IMG/VR virus record: IMGVR_UViG_3300020440_000010 | Coordinates: 1 to 64,000 of that record | Origin: a virus | Taxonomy: Duplodnaviria; Caudoviricetes | Strand: one strand, 5' to 3' | DNA: 64,000 bases | Part shown: positions 36,452 through 46,489 of the stretch, piece by piece | Numbering within the stretch: position 1 is the first letter of the stretch | How the letters are laid out: each line of letters begins with the position of its first letter | The notes under the pieces: generated by a model | The model's database searches: none | What the model saw: the letters and a program-made list of their open reading frames with translations, nothing else | Told to the model about the DNA's origin: nothing | Program-made: the position numbers and the translations under genes

Positions 36452-37930
36452 ATGAAAACAACAGATTTTTTAAAAGAAGTTACAGTAGAGGATCTTAACA
36501 AGAAATTGTACAAAGAACACAATACTACTGTAGATCTTGCCAAATACAGCAAGGAACAACTAGAAGCATACAGCAAACGTATTGATGCTAAACTAACACA
36601 ATTCGAAACTTCATCTAAGTTCAATGACAGTTTAACAAACGAGTCATATCAAAAGATGCAACTTATCAAGCAACTTGTAGAAACTGCTATCAACCAATAT
36701 ATTGAAAATCCCCTAGAAGCAGTTGACGAAGAAGACTTGGGTGATGATGTATTAGAAGTAGAAGCAACTGATCAAGATGTTGCATCAGACTTCGCAGAAG
36801 ACGAAAAAGAAGAAGAACCTAAAGACGACGATGAAGAAGACGAAGACAAAAGTCCTAATAATGTTTCTTCAATGGCTATTGCGGCACTAAGACAAATGTT
36901 AGATGATCCAAGCAAACTAGGATTGGCACGTAGAGCATTAATGAAAATTACTGATCATGAAAAATTAAACACAATTACTCCACAAGAGTTAGATGCTATT
37001 CGTGGTCCATTAGAAAAATTCTTTGTACCTATTTTAGATAAAGGTATGCAAGGTATAACAAGAACAAAACCTGTGCTAAAAACTTTAGGTGGCGGTGAGT
37101 CAGTTGAAGAAGGTGCATACGAAGGTTATCACAAAATGCCTTTGAAAGCAGATGTAATGAAATGCATCAAAGATGGTATGTCAGAAGCACAAGTTTGTGA
37201 AAAATATAAAAAATGCAATCCAAAGGAAATGAAACTTATGGCATCATCATGCATGAAAGAATACAAAAGCAAAAACGAATCAATCATACGTGAAGGTAAA
37301 ATGCCATCTAAAGCACACGTTAAGAAAATGTGTAAGGATGGAAAGTCTGAAGCAGAAATGTTAAAAATGCACCCAGATGCAGATAAAGGTAAATTAAAGG
37401 CAATGATCAAAGATTGCAAAAAAGAACTTAAAGAATCAATCATTAATGAAGGCGAAGAAGACAAAGCGGCATTGGTAATGGCGGCCAAGGATATGGTAGA
37501 TAGATTTACTTCATTCTTAGAAGACGTTGCTGAAATGAGTGCTGAAGGAATGCTTGAACTACAAGATCAAATTAGAGAAGAACTAGGACAAGAACAAGCA
37601 GAACAGTTTGTTAATACAGTAGGGCCTGCACTTGAAGGTACTATAGAAAATTTAAAACAATCACGTGAAGCACTTAATGGTGGTGTTGGTATTATTACTG
37701 GCGAAGGTGCACCCACAGATACAATTGGCGCTGAGGAACCTGCTCCTGAAGTAGATCCAGAAGCACCTGCTGAAGAGCCAATGGATGCTCCTGCAGATGA
37801 CGAATTTGGTGCCAGCGACCCGGCAATGGGTGGAGACGAACCAATGGGCAGAGAAAAGCGTGAAAGTTATACTCCAAACAAAAAAACTGTTACTGAGTCA
37901 GCAAGAATTTTCAGCACATTAAGTAAGTAA
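36452..37930 (+). CDS. Acidic, probably head scaffold/core-like protein with an internal tandem repeat
   Basis: D/E-rich tracts; two ~55-aa repeats starting KMP and ending ESII(R/N)EG. Confidence 0.65.
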   Translation: MKTTDFLKEVTVEDLNKKLYKEHNTTVDLAKYSKEQLEAYSKRIDAKLTQFETSSKFNDSLTNESYQKMQLIKQLVETAINQYIENPLEAVDEEDLGDDVLEVEATDQDVASDFAEDEKEEEPKDDDEEDEDKSPNNVSSMAIAALRQMLDDPSKLGLARRALMKITDHEKLNTITPQELDAIRGPLEKFFVPILDKGMQGITRTKPVLKTLGGGESVEEGAYEGYHKMPLKADVMKCIKDGMSEAQVCEKYKKCNPKEMKLMASSCMKEYKSKNESIIREGKMPSKAHVKKMCKDGKSEAEMLKMHPDADKGKLKAMIKDCKKELKESIINEGEEDKAALVMAAKDMVDRFTSFLEDVAEMSAEGMLELQDQIREELGQEQAEQFVNTVGPALEGTIENLKQSREALNGGVGIITGEGAPTDTIGAEEPAPEVDPEAPAEEPMDAPADDEFGASDPAMGGDEPMGREKRESYTPNKKTVTESARIFSTLSK

Positions 37931-37939
37931 GGAGGCACT

Positions 37940-38287
37940 ATGCGTCTTTACGAACTCACCCAAAATGATTCAGTACAAGATTTAGTAATCCTTTTCCGTA
38001 ATCAAATCAAGAGAGCAGATTCAGAAAATGCTTTCGTTAATCTAAATTGGAATGCAATATCGAATCTAATGCGAGACATGGGTCATGGACCTTTTGATTA
38101 CAATACTTTCAAGACAGCATTTGATACAACTCCTGAACTAAAAACTATTGTTCAAAATTACAATGCTGATGGCGTTACTCTACGTACTAAAACAGATGCG
38201 CCTAAAGGTGATGGTGTTGATGCTGACGTGGCTCCTACCAAAACTATAGACAAGATGGCAAAAAGAGCCGCAGGTAAACGTTTATAA
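37940..38287 (+). CDS. Hypothetical protein
   Basis: SD GGAGG; N-terminus MRLYELTQ. Confidence 0.75.
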   Translation: MRLYELTQNDSVQDLVILFRNQIKRADSENAFVNLNWNAISNLMRDMGHGPFDYNTFKTAFDTTPELKTIVQNYNADGVTLRTKTDAPKGDGVDADVAPTKTIDKMAKRAAGKRL

Positions 38288-38290
38288 TAC

Positions 38291-38320
38291 TTGACTTTCA
38301 GTACCAAAACAAGTTATAAT
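38291..38320 (+). promoter_or_regulatory. Sigma70-like promoter TTGACT-N18-TATAAT
   Basis: Consensus -10 and near-consensus -35. Confidence 0.65.
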
Positions 38321-38339
38321 ATATTTTTAAGGAATAATC

Positions 38340-39041
38340 ATGACTGATCAACAACCGCCTATTATTAATAATAAATTTGAATACCATAAATTAAAGCAGA
38401 TAAATGATCCTGTTTTGAAACAAAGGGTATATGAAACTCCAGACGGAGAAAAATTACCAAGTGTCACTACCATTCTGGGCAAAACAAAAGACATGACACA
38501 TTTAATAGAATGGAAAAAACGTGTAGGCGAACAAGAAGCACAAAGAATTGTTACTGAAGCATCTGGTGTTGGTACAGCCATGCACAACAATCTTGAAAAA
38601 TTTGTTAAAGGCGAACAACGAATGCCAGGTAAAAATCTAGTTCATGTAAAAGCAAATGCAATGGCAGATAAAATTATTGAAAATGCTTTAAACCACGTTG
38701 ACGAAATATGGGGTGTTGAAACGCAACTTTATTTTCCTGGTTTATATTCAGGTACAACAGATCTAGTAGGAATATACAAAGGACAACCTGCTGTAATGGA
38801 CTTTAAGCAAACAAATAAACCTAAAAAGAAAGAATGGGTAGACGATTACTTCTTACAATTAACTGCTTATATCCTAGCACATAACGAAGTGTATGGTACA
38901 GATATTAAACAAGGGCATATATTCATGTGTAGCAGAGACGAACAATATCAACAATTTGACCTTTGGCCCCACGAATTTGATATGTGGACTACAGAATGGT
39001 GCAATCGTGTAGAGGACTACTACAAGAAATATCATAAATAG
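38340..39041 (+). CDS. PD-(D/E)XK exonuclease (RecB-family/MGME1-like)
   Basis: LPSVTTIL, GTAMH, E..L, SGTTDL, MDFKQT, QLTAY. Confidence 0.85.
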   Translation: MTDQQPPIINNKFEYHKLKQINDPVLKQRVYETPDGEKLPSVTTILGKTKDMTHLIEWKKRVGEQEAQRIVTEASGVGTAMHNNLEKFVKGEQRMPGKNLVHVKANAMADKIIENALNHVDEIWGVETQLYFPGLYSGTTDLVGIYKGQPAVMDFKQTNKPKKKEWVDDYFLQLTAYILAHNEVYGTDIKQGHIFMCSRDEQYQQFDLWPHEFDMWTTEWCNRVEDYYKKYHK

Positions 39042-39059
39042 TAGTAAGGAAGAATTAAA

Positions 39060-40712
39060 ATGGCAGTTGTACAAATATCAAAAATTCAACATAGACGTGG
39101 TAAAGCAGGTAGCAGTGCTATTCCGCAATTAGCAAGTGCTGAACTTGGCTGGGCAATTGATACACAAAAGTTATACATAGGTAACGGATCTGTATCAGAA
39201 GGAGCACCAGGTGTAGGCAACACAGAAATATTAACAGAAAAAAGCAATATTTTTGAATTACTATCAACATATACATACAAAGGTCCTACAGAAGTAGTAA
39301 AGCAGACAGGCGAATTTATTGCAGAACCTATCAAAAGAACACTACAACAAAGACTAGATGATATTGTAAGCATTAAGAGTTTTGGTGCTAAAGGTGATGG
39401 TACTACTGACGATACAAAAGCATTACAAAGAGCAGTGGATCAACTTTTTATAAACACAGACAAAGCAGACGAAAGAACAAGAGTTGGCTTACATATAGAT
39501 GCAGGCGAATACAAAATTACAGATACAATTTACATTCCACCATTTGCTACATTAATAGGAGATGGTAAAGGCAAAACTAAAATTAAATTATATACAAATC
39601 CAGACGACCTAAGTCCGACTGCTAGATCTATTTTACAAACTGTAGATGGTACCAGCACACCTGGAAATTATGTTAAGTATTCTAACATTCAAAATTCTAC
39701 TAGACCAAAACACATAGTGATTAGAGGAATGACTCTCGAGGTAGACAGTGCTGTCACTGTGCATAATGCAATTTTAAAAGCAGACTGCATGACTGAAAGT
39801 TTAATTGACAGTGTTGAATTTGTAAGCGACTGGGAAAAAGATGATGGATATGATGCAACAAAAAGTGGTATTGAATTTAGAGCCATTGGTGCAACAACAA
39901 GTGAAAATGTCATCATACAAAACAGTGAATTTAGAATGGTTAGTGTTGGTATCTACAGTGTCCAAGATGTTAGAACAATTACAGTTGCAGATTCTTATTT
40001 TGATTTTATGCAGGTTGGTATTGATTTAGCAAGAACTAGTACAGGAACAGGTAATCAGGCACTAGGTCCTAGACACTTTATAGTTAAGAACAATAAATTT
40101 AACAGAATTATGGATTTTGGTTTTGCAGTACACAAACCTGTAAGTACTTTAGAACCAATTGGACATATTTCTAATGCAAATATATATTTAGATGTTGGAA
40201 ACAACATGAATGGACAAGACAGTCCGCAGACAAGTGTAATTAAATTTGCAGGTCCATTGTGTGAAAGCATTGGAGATACATTTGAGAGAGAAAGTGAAAT
40301 TAATAAATCTACTTTAATTTCTGTACCTTTCAAACCTTTGGTTGATGGTTATCATTATACCAAAGGAAAAGTTAATGAATTTACTCTTTCAGAAGTAGAT
40401 GCATTAACAACTTTTTCTAAACTTCCATTTACGGATAAGAAAATTGCTTATGTTGATTACTTAATTGTTAAAACAACAGGAAGTGCTACTACTAGACAAG
40501 GTAGATTAACAATTACTATTCAAGATAACACTAATATAAACGTCACAGACAACTTTAGTCACACTGGCAGTTCAGATGGTGGTGTCGAGTTTGGTGCTGT
40601 TCTAGATGATTTAGATTCTACAGCAGGCAGTGAAACAGTGAATATTCAATACAGAAATCTTATCGGTAACGGAGTAGGCACCTTAACATACGCAATTAGT
40701 TATTTTGCTTAA
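39060..40712 (+). CDS. Virion tail/baseplate-associated protein with a pectate-lyase-3-like beta-helix
   Basis: N-terminal IQHRRG..P.LA..ELGWA.DT..LYIGNG; SIKSFGAKGDGTTDDT.ALQ.A. Confidence 0.75.
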   Translation: MAVVQISKIQHRRGKAGSSAIPQLASAELGWAIDTQKLYIGNGSVSEGAPGVGNTEILTEKSNIFELLSTYTYKGPTEVVKQTGEFIAEPIKRTLQQRLDDIVSIKSFGAKGDGTTDDTKALQRAVDQLFINTDKADERTRVGLHIDAGEYKITDTIYIPPFATLIGDGKGKTKIKLYTNPDDLSPTARSILQTVDGTSTPGNYVKYSNIQNSTRPKHIVIRGMTLEVDSAVTVHNAILKADCMTESLIDSVEFVSDWEKDDGYDATKSGIEFRAIGATTSENVIIQNSEFRMVSVGIYSVQDVRTITVADSYFDFMQVGIDLARTSTGTGNQALGPRHFIVKNNKFNRIMDFGFAVHKPVSTLEPIGHISNANIYLDVGNNMNGQDSPQTSVIKFAGPLCESIGDTFERESEINKSTLISVPFKPLVDGYHYTKGKVNEFTLSEVDALTTFSKLPFTDKKIAYVDYLIVKTTGSATTRQGRLTITIQDNTNINVTDNFSHTGSSDGGVEFGAVLDDLDSTAGSETVNIQYRNLIGNGVGTLTYAISYFA

Positions 40713-41125
40713 TGTTTCTTGAGACAACAGTCGAGCAACGTATTCTGGCATGGAGAAAATTTAGAGAAAGCCTAGAAACTTGTGATAACCCTTTGCAGGA
40801 AACTATGGACTTCTGGTTTCAAGCACCAAGGATTAACAGGCTACTAGACCCATGGGATTCTCAACGGTGGAACACTCCATGGGAACTTTTAAAGGAAAAC
40901 CGGTTTTGTCCCGTAGCAATACCCCTTATGATGGGATGGACACTGAAGTTAACTACAAAGTTTTCCAAAGCAAATATTTTGATAAAAAGTATTATAGACA
41001 TATCGTCACAAAGATACTATAATCTATTATATGTTGATGACAATGTTTTAAACTACGGCAGTACAGTTGAAAAGGAATACAACCTACAGTCTAATCTTGT
41101 TTGTCAGTATCAAACCAGGATTTGA
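40712..41125 (+). CDS. Hypothetical protein
   Basis: TAATG coupling. Confidence 0.7.
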   Translation: MFLETTVEQRILAWRKFRESLETCDNPLQETMDFWFQAPRINRLLDPWDSQRWNTPWELLKENRFCPVAIPLMMGWTLKLTTKFSKANILIKSIIDISSQRYYNLLYVDDNVLNYGSTVEKEYNLQSNLVCQYQTRI

Positions 41126-41172
41126 TAAAACAAGTAAATACTGAATACGAAATAGAAATAGGCAGGAGAGAA

Positions 41173-43545
41173 ATGAACAAAGAAATTTTAATCACAAAAC
41201 GTAATGGAAAAAAAGAAAAGTTAAATCTTGATAAGATCCATTTCGTTGTTGAAGAGGCTTGCGATAGCCTTAGCGGAGTAAGTGCATCTCAAATAGAAAT
41301 GAATGCAGATTTACAATTTTACAGTGGTATGACCACAGATGAAATACAGAACATTTTAATTAGAAGTGCTAATGATTTAATATCATTAGAAAATCCTAAT
41401 TACCAGTATGCGGCGGCACGTTTACTTTTATATGGACTACATAAAAAAGTTTACAATCGTTATGAGCACCTAAACTTTGTTACAATGATTAACAAGAACA
41501 TCGACCGAGGAGTATATGATCCTGCTATTAAAGAAAACTATACTCAGATCGAACTTAAAAAGATGAACACTTGGATTAAGCATGAACGTAACGAAGACTT
41601 TACCTATGCTGGACTAAGACAAGTTGTAGACAAATATCTCTGCCAAGATCGTAGCACAGGTGAAATTTATGAAACTCCGCAATTCATGTATATGATGATT
41701 GCGGCAACATTATTTGCTAACTATCCAAAGGACACACGTATGAACTACGTGAAGAAATATTATGACGCGACCTCACTTTTTAAAATCAACATTCCAACCC
41801 CAGTCATGGCTGGCGTACGTACTCCAATTAGGCAGTTTGCTAGTTGCGTATTGGTTGATGTTGACGATACTCTGCCTAGCATTTTTAGTAGTAACTCCGC
41901 TATTGGTTATTATATCGCTCAGCGAGCCGGTATTGGCATTAATTCGGGCCGGGTACGAGCGATTAATTCAAAAATTAGGGGCGGTGAAGTAGCACACACA
42001 GGAGTTGTTCCCTTCTTGAAAGTATATGAATCTACTGTAAGAAGTTGTACACAAAATGGTGTACGTGGTGGTAGTGCTACTACCCATTTCCCACTATGGC
42101 ATTATGAAATTGAAGACATCCTAGTTCTTAAAAATAACAAAGGTACAGATGACAATCGTGTACGTAAACTAGACTATTCAATTCAACTTAACAAAACAAT
42201 GTATGAAAGATTGTTGGCCGGCAAAGATATTACTCTTTTCTCACCACATGACGTGCCAGATCTTTACGAAGCATTTTTTAATGATCAAGATAAATTTGCA
42301 AAACTTTACGATCAGTATGAACGTAAAACTAGCATAAGAAAGAAAACTATCAAAGCAATGGATTTGTTTGGTGCACTTTTAAAAGAACGTGCAGAAACAG
42401 GACGTATCTATATTATGAATGTAGACCATTGTAATACACATAGTTCATTTAAAGACACAGTATACATGAGTAACCTGTGTCAAGAAATTACATTACCCAC
42501 AAAACCAATTAACCATATAGATGATGAAAATGGAGAAATTGCACTTTGTATCCTTTCCGCAATTAATGTAGGTTTAATCAATAAAATTGATGACCTTGAG
42601 CCATTGTGTGATTTAGCAGTAAGAGCCTTAGATGAAATTATTGATTATCAAGGTTATCCTGTAAAGGCCGCTGAAATAAGCACAAAGGCAAGAAGATCGT
42701 TAGGTATAGGTTACATTGGTCTTGCACACTATCTTGCAAAGAATAAAGTAAAATATTCTGATAAGAAAGCATGGAAATTAGTGCATGACCTTACAGAAGC
42801 ATTTCAATACTATCTATTAGTTGCTTCTAATGAATTAGCAAAAGAGAAAGGAAAGTGTGATGCTTTTGACAAGACAAAATATGCAGATGGTCAGTTACCA
42901 ATCGACCACTATAAAAAAGAACTTGATGAAGTTATCAACACTACATTAAAATATGATTGGGAGGATCTTAGGAAGGATATCGTTGCACACGGTCTACGGA
43001 ACTCAACATTGTCTGCACAAATGCCATCGGAGAGCAGTTCCGTTGTGTCAAATGCAACAAACGGAGTTGAACCACCTAGAGACTTCTTGTCCATTAAGAA
43101 AAGTAAAAAAGGGCCTCTTAAGCAGATTGTTCCACAATATAATCAATTGAAAAACTTTTATACTTTGTTATGGGATATGCCTAACAACGAAGGATATATT
43201 AATATTGTTGCGGCAATGCAAAAGTTCTTCGATCAAGCAATTAGTGGTAACTGGTCATACAATCCTTTACACTTTGAAAACAATGAAGTACCATTAAGTG
43301 TAATGATGAAAGATATGTTGACAACCTACAAAATGGGTTGGAAGACAAGTTACTATCAAAACACTTATGACTTCAAAGGTGAAGAAGAAACCGTACAACC
43401 AGCAGGTTTGGAAGAAACTGTTATTGACAAATCTGTAAATGGTGTTAGTATAAACGGTACAAATGGGGACCATGTAAACGGGTCCAACGGTGAAAAAGTA
43501 CCAGCAGAGCAGGAAGATGAACACTGCGATGCGTGTGCAATTTAA
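41173..43545 (+). CDS. nrdA: Ribonucleotide reductase class Ia alpha subunit
   Basis: ATP cone (ITKRNG), FASCVL, SNLCQEI, ALCILS, TSYY, C-terminal CDAC; start moved to MNKEIL (SD AGGAG). Confidence 0.97.
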   Translation: MNKEILITKRNGKKEKLNLDKIHFVVEEACDSLSGVSASQIEMNADLQFYSGMTTDEIQNILIRSANDLISLENPNYQYAAARLLLYGLHKKVYNRYEHLNFVTMINKNIDRGVYDPAIKENYTQIELKKMNTWIKHERNEDFTYAGLRQVVDKYLCQDRSTGEIYETPQFMYMMIAATLFANYPKDTRMNYVKKYYDATSLFKINIPTPVMAGVRTPIRQFASCVLVDVDDTLPSIFSSNSAIGYYIAQRAGIGINSGRVRAINSKIRGGEVAHTGVVPFLKVYESTVRSCTQNGVRGGSATTHFPLWHYEIEDILVLKNNKGTDDNRVRKLDYSIQLNKTMYERLLAGKDITLFSPHDVPDLYEAFFNDQDKFAKLYDQYERKTSIRKKTIKAMDLFGALLKERAETGRIYIMNVDHCNTHSSFKDTVYMSNLCQEITLPTKPINHIDDENGEIALCILSAINVGLINKIDDLEPLCDLAVRALDEIIDYQGYPVKAAEISTKARRSLGIGYIGLAHYLAKNKVKYSDKKAWKLVHDLTEAFQYYLLVASNELAKEKGKCDAFDKTKYADGQLPIDHYKKELDEVINTTLKYDWEDLRKDIVAHGLRNSTLSAQMPSESSSVVSNATNGVEPPRDFLSIKKSKKGPLKQIVPQYNQLKNFYTLLWDMPNNEGYINIVAAMQKFFDQAISGNWSYNPLHFENNEVPLSVMMKDMLTTYKMGWKTSYYQNTYDFKGEEETVQPAGLEETVIDKSVNGVSINGTNGDHVNGSNGEKVPAEQEDEHCDACAI

Positions 43546-43577
43546 TAAGTAAAGAGAAAAGAGAAAGAGAAATATTA

Positions 43578-44681
43578 ATGGGTAAGACTGTCTTTAATAG
43601 AAAGAACGTAGACTTTACAAAAGAATATATGTTTTTTGGTGCTGACCAAAACACACAAAGATATGATGTCTTTAAATATCCTGAGTTTGATAAGTTGAAT
43701 CAAACTATGCTAGGATACTTCTGGAGACCAGAAGAAGTGTCTTTGCAAAAGGACAGAGGTGATTATGCAGAGTTTACTGACGAACAAAAGCATATCTTTA
43801 CTAGTAATTTAAAATATCAAACACTACTTGATAGTGTGCAAGGACGCGGACCTTGTCTAGCATTTTTGCCATATTGTTCTAATCCAGAACTAGAATCTTG
43901 TATTGTATGTTGGGACTTCCAAGAAACTATTCACAGTAGATCTTATACACACATTGTTAAAAATGTATATCCAGATCCTGCGGAAGTGTTCGATACTATT
44001 TTAACTGATGAAAAAATTGTTGAACGTGCAAACAGTGTATGTAAACACTATGATAAATTTTATGATATCGCTAATGAATACTTTAACAAAGGCAAAGGTG
44101 ACATCAAAGAAGTTAAGAAGCAATTATACAGAGCAATGATGACTGTTAATATGCTTGAAGGTTTACGTTTTTATGTTTCATTTGCTTGTACATTTGCCTT
44201 TGGCGAACTTAAACACATGGAAGGTTCTGCAAAAATTATTTCACTTATTGCTCGTGACGAAGCAACACACTTGAATTTATCAACACACATTATTAAACAT
44301 TGGATGAAGGGTGAAGATGATCCTGCTATGAAAAAAGTTGCCGCTGAACTTGAAGAAGAAGTTTATGATATGTGGCGTGAATGTGTTGATGAAGAAAAAC
44401 GTTGGGCAGACTATCTGTTTAAAGATGGTTCAATGATTGGGTTAAATGCTAACCTACTTCATGCTTATGTTGAATTCATAGCAAACAAAAGATTAAAGGC
44501 TTTAGGTCTTAAACCTTTGTATGATCGTCCCCTTAATCAAAACCCTTTACCATGGACACAACACTGGTTAAGTAGTAGTGGATTACAAGTTGCTCCACAA
44601 GAAACAGAAGTTGAATCTTACATTGTTGGCGGAGTAAAACAAGACGTGGTAGAAGATACATTTAAGGACTTTAAACTATGA
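43578..44681 (+). CDS. nrdB: Ribonucleotide reductase class Ia beta subunit
   Basis: FWRPEEV, LLDSVQGR, ETIHSRSY, EGLRFY, DEATH, APQETEVESY. Confidence 0.97.
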   Translation: MGKTVFNRKNVDFTKEYMFFGADQNTQRYDVFKYPEFDKLNQTMLGYFWRPEEVSLQKDRGDYAEFTDEQKHIFTSNLKYQTLLDSVQGRGPCLAFLPYCSNPELESCIVCWDFQETIHSRSYTHIVKNVYPDPAEVFDTILTDEKIVERANSVCKHYDKFYDIANEYFNKGKGDIKEVKKQLYRAMMTVNMLEGLRFYVSFACTFAFGELKHMEGSAKIISLIARDEATHLNLSTHIIKHWMKGEDDPAMKKVAAELEEEVYDMWRECVDEEKRWADYLFKDGSMIGLNANLLHAYVEFIANKRLKALGLKPLYDRPLNQNPLPWTQHWLSSSGLQVAPQETEVESYIVGGVKQDVVEDTFKDFKL

Positions 44682-44932
44682 TAGAAATATGGGGTAAACC
44701 TGCCTGCGGTTATTGTGATGCCGCAAAAAGATTATGCGAACAAAGAGGTTGGAAATTTACATACAAACAACTTGGTGTAGATTTTGACCGCGAAAAAGTA
44801 ATGGAGGAGTTTCCAACTGCAAGAACTTTTCCACAAATCAAAGTATACGGAAAGCCTGTTGGGGGTTATCAAGAATTTGAAAAATATATTGATGACACTG
44901 GCTACAACGGAACTGGACACTCATTAGGATAA
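44678..44932 (+). CDS. Glutaredoxin
   Basis: CGYC, TFPQI, VGGY; adjacent to nrdAB. Confidence 0.92.
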   Translation: MIEIWGKPACGYCDAAKRLCEQRGWKFTYKQLGVDFDREKVMEEFPTARTFPQIKVYGKPVGGYQEFEKYIDDTGYNGTGHSLG

Positions 44933-44933
44933 T

Positions 44934-45245
44934 ATGTTAATACAAGCACCCTACAAAGTAAATGATGTAATTAGTATCAAACTGCAAACAGGCGAAGAAC
45001 TTGTTTGTAAACTAATTGAAGAAAGTAATACACACCTAAAAGTAAAGACTCCTCTTACACTAGTAATGAGTCAACAAGGTTTAGGTATGCAACAGTATAT
45101 GTTTACTACTGATCCTGATCAGCCTGTAAATATTGCTAAAGATAAAGTAATTGTTGTTCAAAAAACACGTAAAGACTTCTCTGATACATTCACTGAAAAG
45201 ACATCTGGACTAGTTACTGCTCCACCTAACTTACAAGTAAAATAA
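44934..45245 (+). CDS. Hypothetical protein (possible Sm-like beta fold)
   Basis: IKL.TGEELVCKL beta-rich pattern. Confidence 0.7.
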   Translation: MLIQAPYKVNDVISIKLQTGEELVCKLIEESNTHLKVKTPLTLVMSQQGLGMQQYMFTTDPDQPVNIAKDKVIVVQKTRKDFSDTFTEKTSGLVTAPPNLQVK

Positions 45246-45253
45246 ATAACTTT

Positions 45254-45445
45254 ATGCACAGGTTTGTGATAAAGGATAAAGGAGTTCTGACAACTTATAA
45301 TAAGTTCGAAGATATACCTATGAAATTTGATCATGTCATTGAATTTCATCCGTATACTCCACCAGAGCCACATACCGAAGAACAGCATAAAGAAATAGAG
45401 CAATGGCCTAGTAAGTTGCAAGAATTAATTAAGAGGGAAAGATAA
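45254..45445 (+). CDS. Hypothetical protein
   Basis: TAAATA-N5-ATG; coupled to the PAAR gene. Confidence 0.7.
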   Translation: MHRFVIKDKGVLTTYNKFEDIPMKFDHVIEFHPYTPPEPHTEEQHKEIEQWPSKLQELIKRER

Positions 45446-45732
45446 TGCCTGCCATTACACGTAAAGGCGATAAAGATGTAACACACTGTTCAACTCCTGT
45501 GAGAGAAGAACATAGTCCTGATGTCTATGCTAATAACATACCAATATCAAGACAGGGTGATAACAATGACAGTCATCTACTACCAGGCGTACCTTGTCCA
45601 TCACATCAAGCACCTATAACAACAGGATCAACAACTGTGTTTATTAATAACAAAGGTTGTGGTAGAATAGGTGATGCAGTAACAGGTTGTACTAGTGTTG
45701 CTGAAGGTAGTGAAAACTGCTTCGCAGGTTAA
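45445..45732 (+). CDS. PAAR-repeat spike tip protein (T4 gp5.4-like)
   Basis: MPAITR.GD..HC, S.DVY.N.IP..RQGD, H, GS.TVFIN....GRIGD..C. Confidence 0.9.
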   Translation: MPAITRKGDKDVTHCSTPVREEHSPDVYANNIPISRQGDNNDSHLLPGVPCPSHQAPITTGSTTVFINNKGCGRIGDAVTGCTSVAEGSENCFAG

Positions 45733-45845
45733 TCAACTAACAGTTTAGAAAAAAGGTACCATAAAGCCAGTACCGTCAAAATGAATTTTAAAGGATCTTG
45801 TCCTTTGGGTTTGAGAGTAGGTTTGGAAAATTCATATGGATTCAT
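45729..45845 (-). CDS. 38-aa membrane peptide MNPYEFSKPTLKPKGQDPLKFILTVLALWYLFSKLLVD (not in ORF track)
   Basis: ATGA overlap with the 45842 stop; hydrophobic C-terminus. Confidence 0.45.
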   Translation of the reverse strand: MNPYEFSKPTLKPKGQDPLKFILTVLALWYLFSKLLVD

Positions 45846-46027
45846 GCCCTAGACCAAGCCACTGGTTTGCCGTGTATATCAACTACTAGATCACCTGTGT
45901 CTTTGTACTGAGCAACCATGATGCCCTTTCCTTTTCCTGCTATGTATCTACAAGGCTTTATTTCTCTTTCACCATGAAACCGTTTTATATGGTTTGTGAT
46001 TATACCTCGCGTCTTTTTACCTGCCAT
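45842..46027 (-). CDS. Small basic hypothetical protein
   Basis: TAATG coupling. Confidence 0.7.
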   Translation of the reverse strand: MAGKKTRGIITNHIKRFHGEREIKPCRYIAGKGKGIMVAQYKDTGDLVVDIHGKPVAWSRA

Positions 46028-46173
46028 TATCTACCTTGTCCATTGTAAAATTTATGGTTTCGTTTTTTATGCTTATTCATACTACTAAACTTACAAGATT
46101 TTTTCTTACTAGACTGGCTAGTTTTCTTAGGAGTACGAACGTGTGCTACATAATTTTTTGCTAATTTTGCCAT
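46027..46173 (-). CDS. 48-aa basic protein MAKLAKNY..SSMNKHKKRNHKFYNGQGR (not in ORF track)
   Basis: Fills the gap exactly between two coupled ORFs; AGGT SD. Confidence 0.7.
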   Translation of the reverse strand: MAKLAKNYVAHVRTPKKTSQSSKKKSCKFSSMNKHKKRNHKFYNGQGR

Positions 46174-46174
46174 G

Positions 46175-46378
46175 TTATCTACCTAACTTTTTCTTTCTAC
46201 CTATAGGGAGTGCTTGGGTCATTCTGAATTCGTGTCCTTTTTTACCTGTCCACTCTACTATAACTGATTTACTTTTTGTACCGCTTTGATAGGATTTAAC
46301 GGCTTTTTTAAAACTTATATCTTCTTTGGTTTCAGTCTTATCACCATCTATAAAGGTGAAAGTCCTCATCTTTGCCAT
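46175..46378 (-). CDS. Small basic hypothetical protein
   Basis: SD AAGGAGG. Confidence 0.7.
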   Translation of the reverse strand: MAKMRTFTFIDGDKTETKEDISFKKAVKSYQSGTKSKSVIVEWTGKKGHEFRMTQALPIGRKKKLGR

Positions 46379-46453
46379 AACCCTCCTTGGTTTGTTTTGG
46401 CTAATTTTTTAGACTTTAGTTATCATTTAAATTAAAAAACACGCACTTTATGA

Positions 46454-46484
46454 TTGACATCCAAAACAAATGGTGCTATAAATA
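46454..46484 (+). promoter_or_regulatory. Composite ssrA promoter: TTGACA-N17-(TG)-TATAAA overlapping TATAAATA
   Basis: -35 at 46454-46459; extended -10 and late octamer at 46477-46484. Confidence 0.75.
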
Positions 46485-46489
46485 TAAGT

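Noticed and set aside
38340-39041. Cas4/CRISPR association of the PD-(D/E)XK nuclease
   Set aside because: It lacks the four-Cys Fe-S arrangement, and no cas genes or repeat-spacer array are visible.
41173-44681. Introns, inteins or homing endonucleases in nrdA/nrdB
   Set aside because: Both frames are continuous, of normal length, with all catalytic motifs present.
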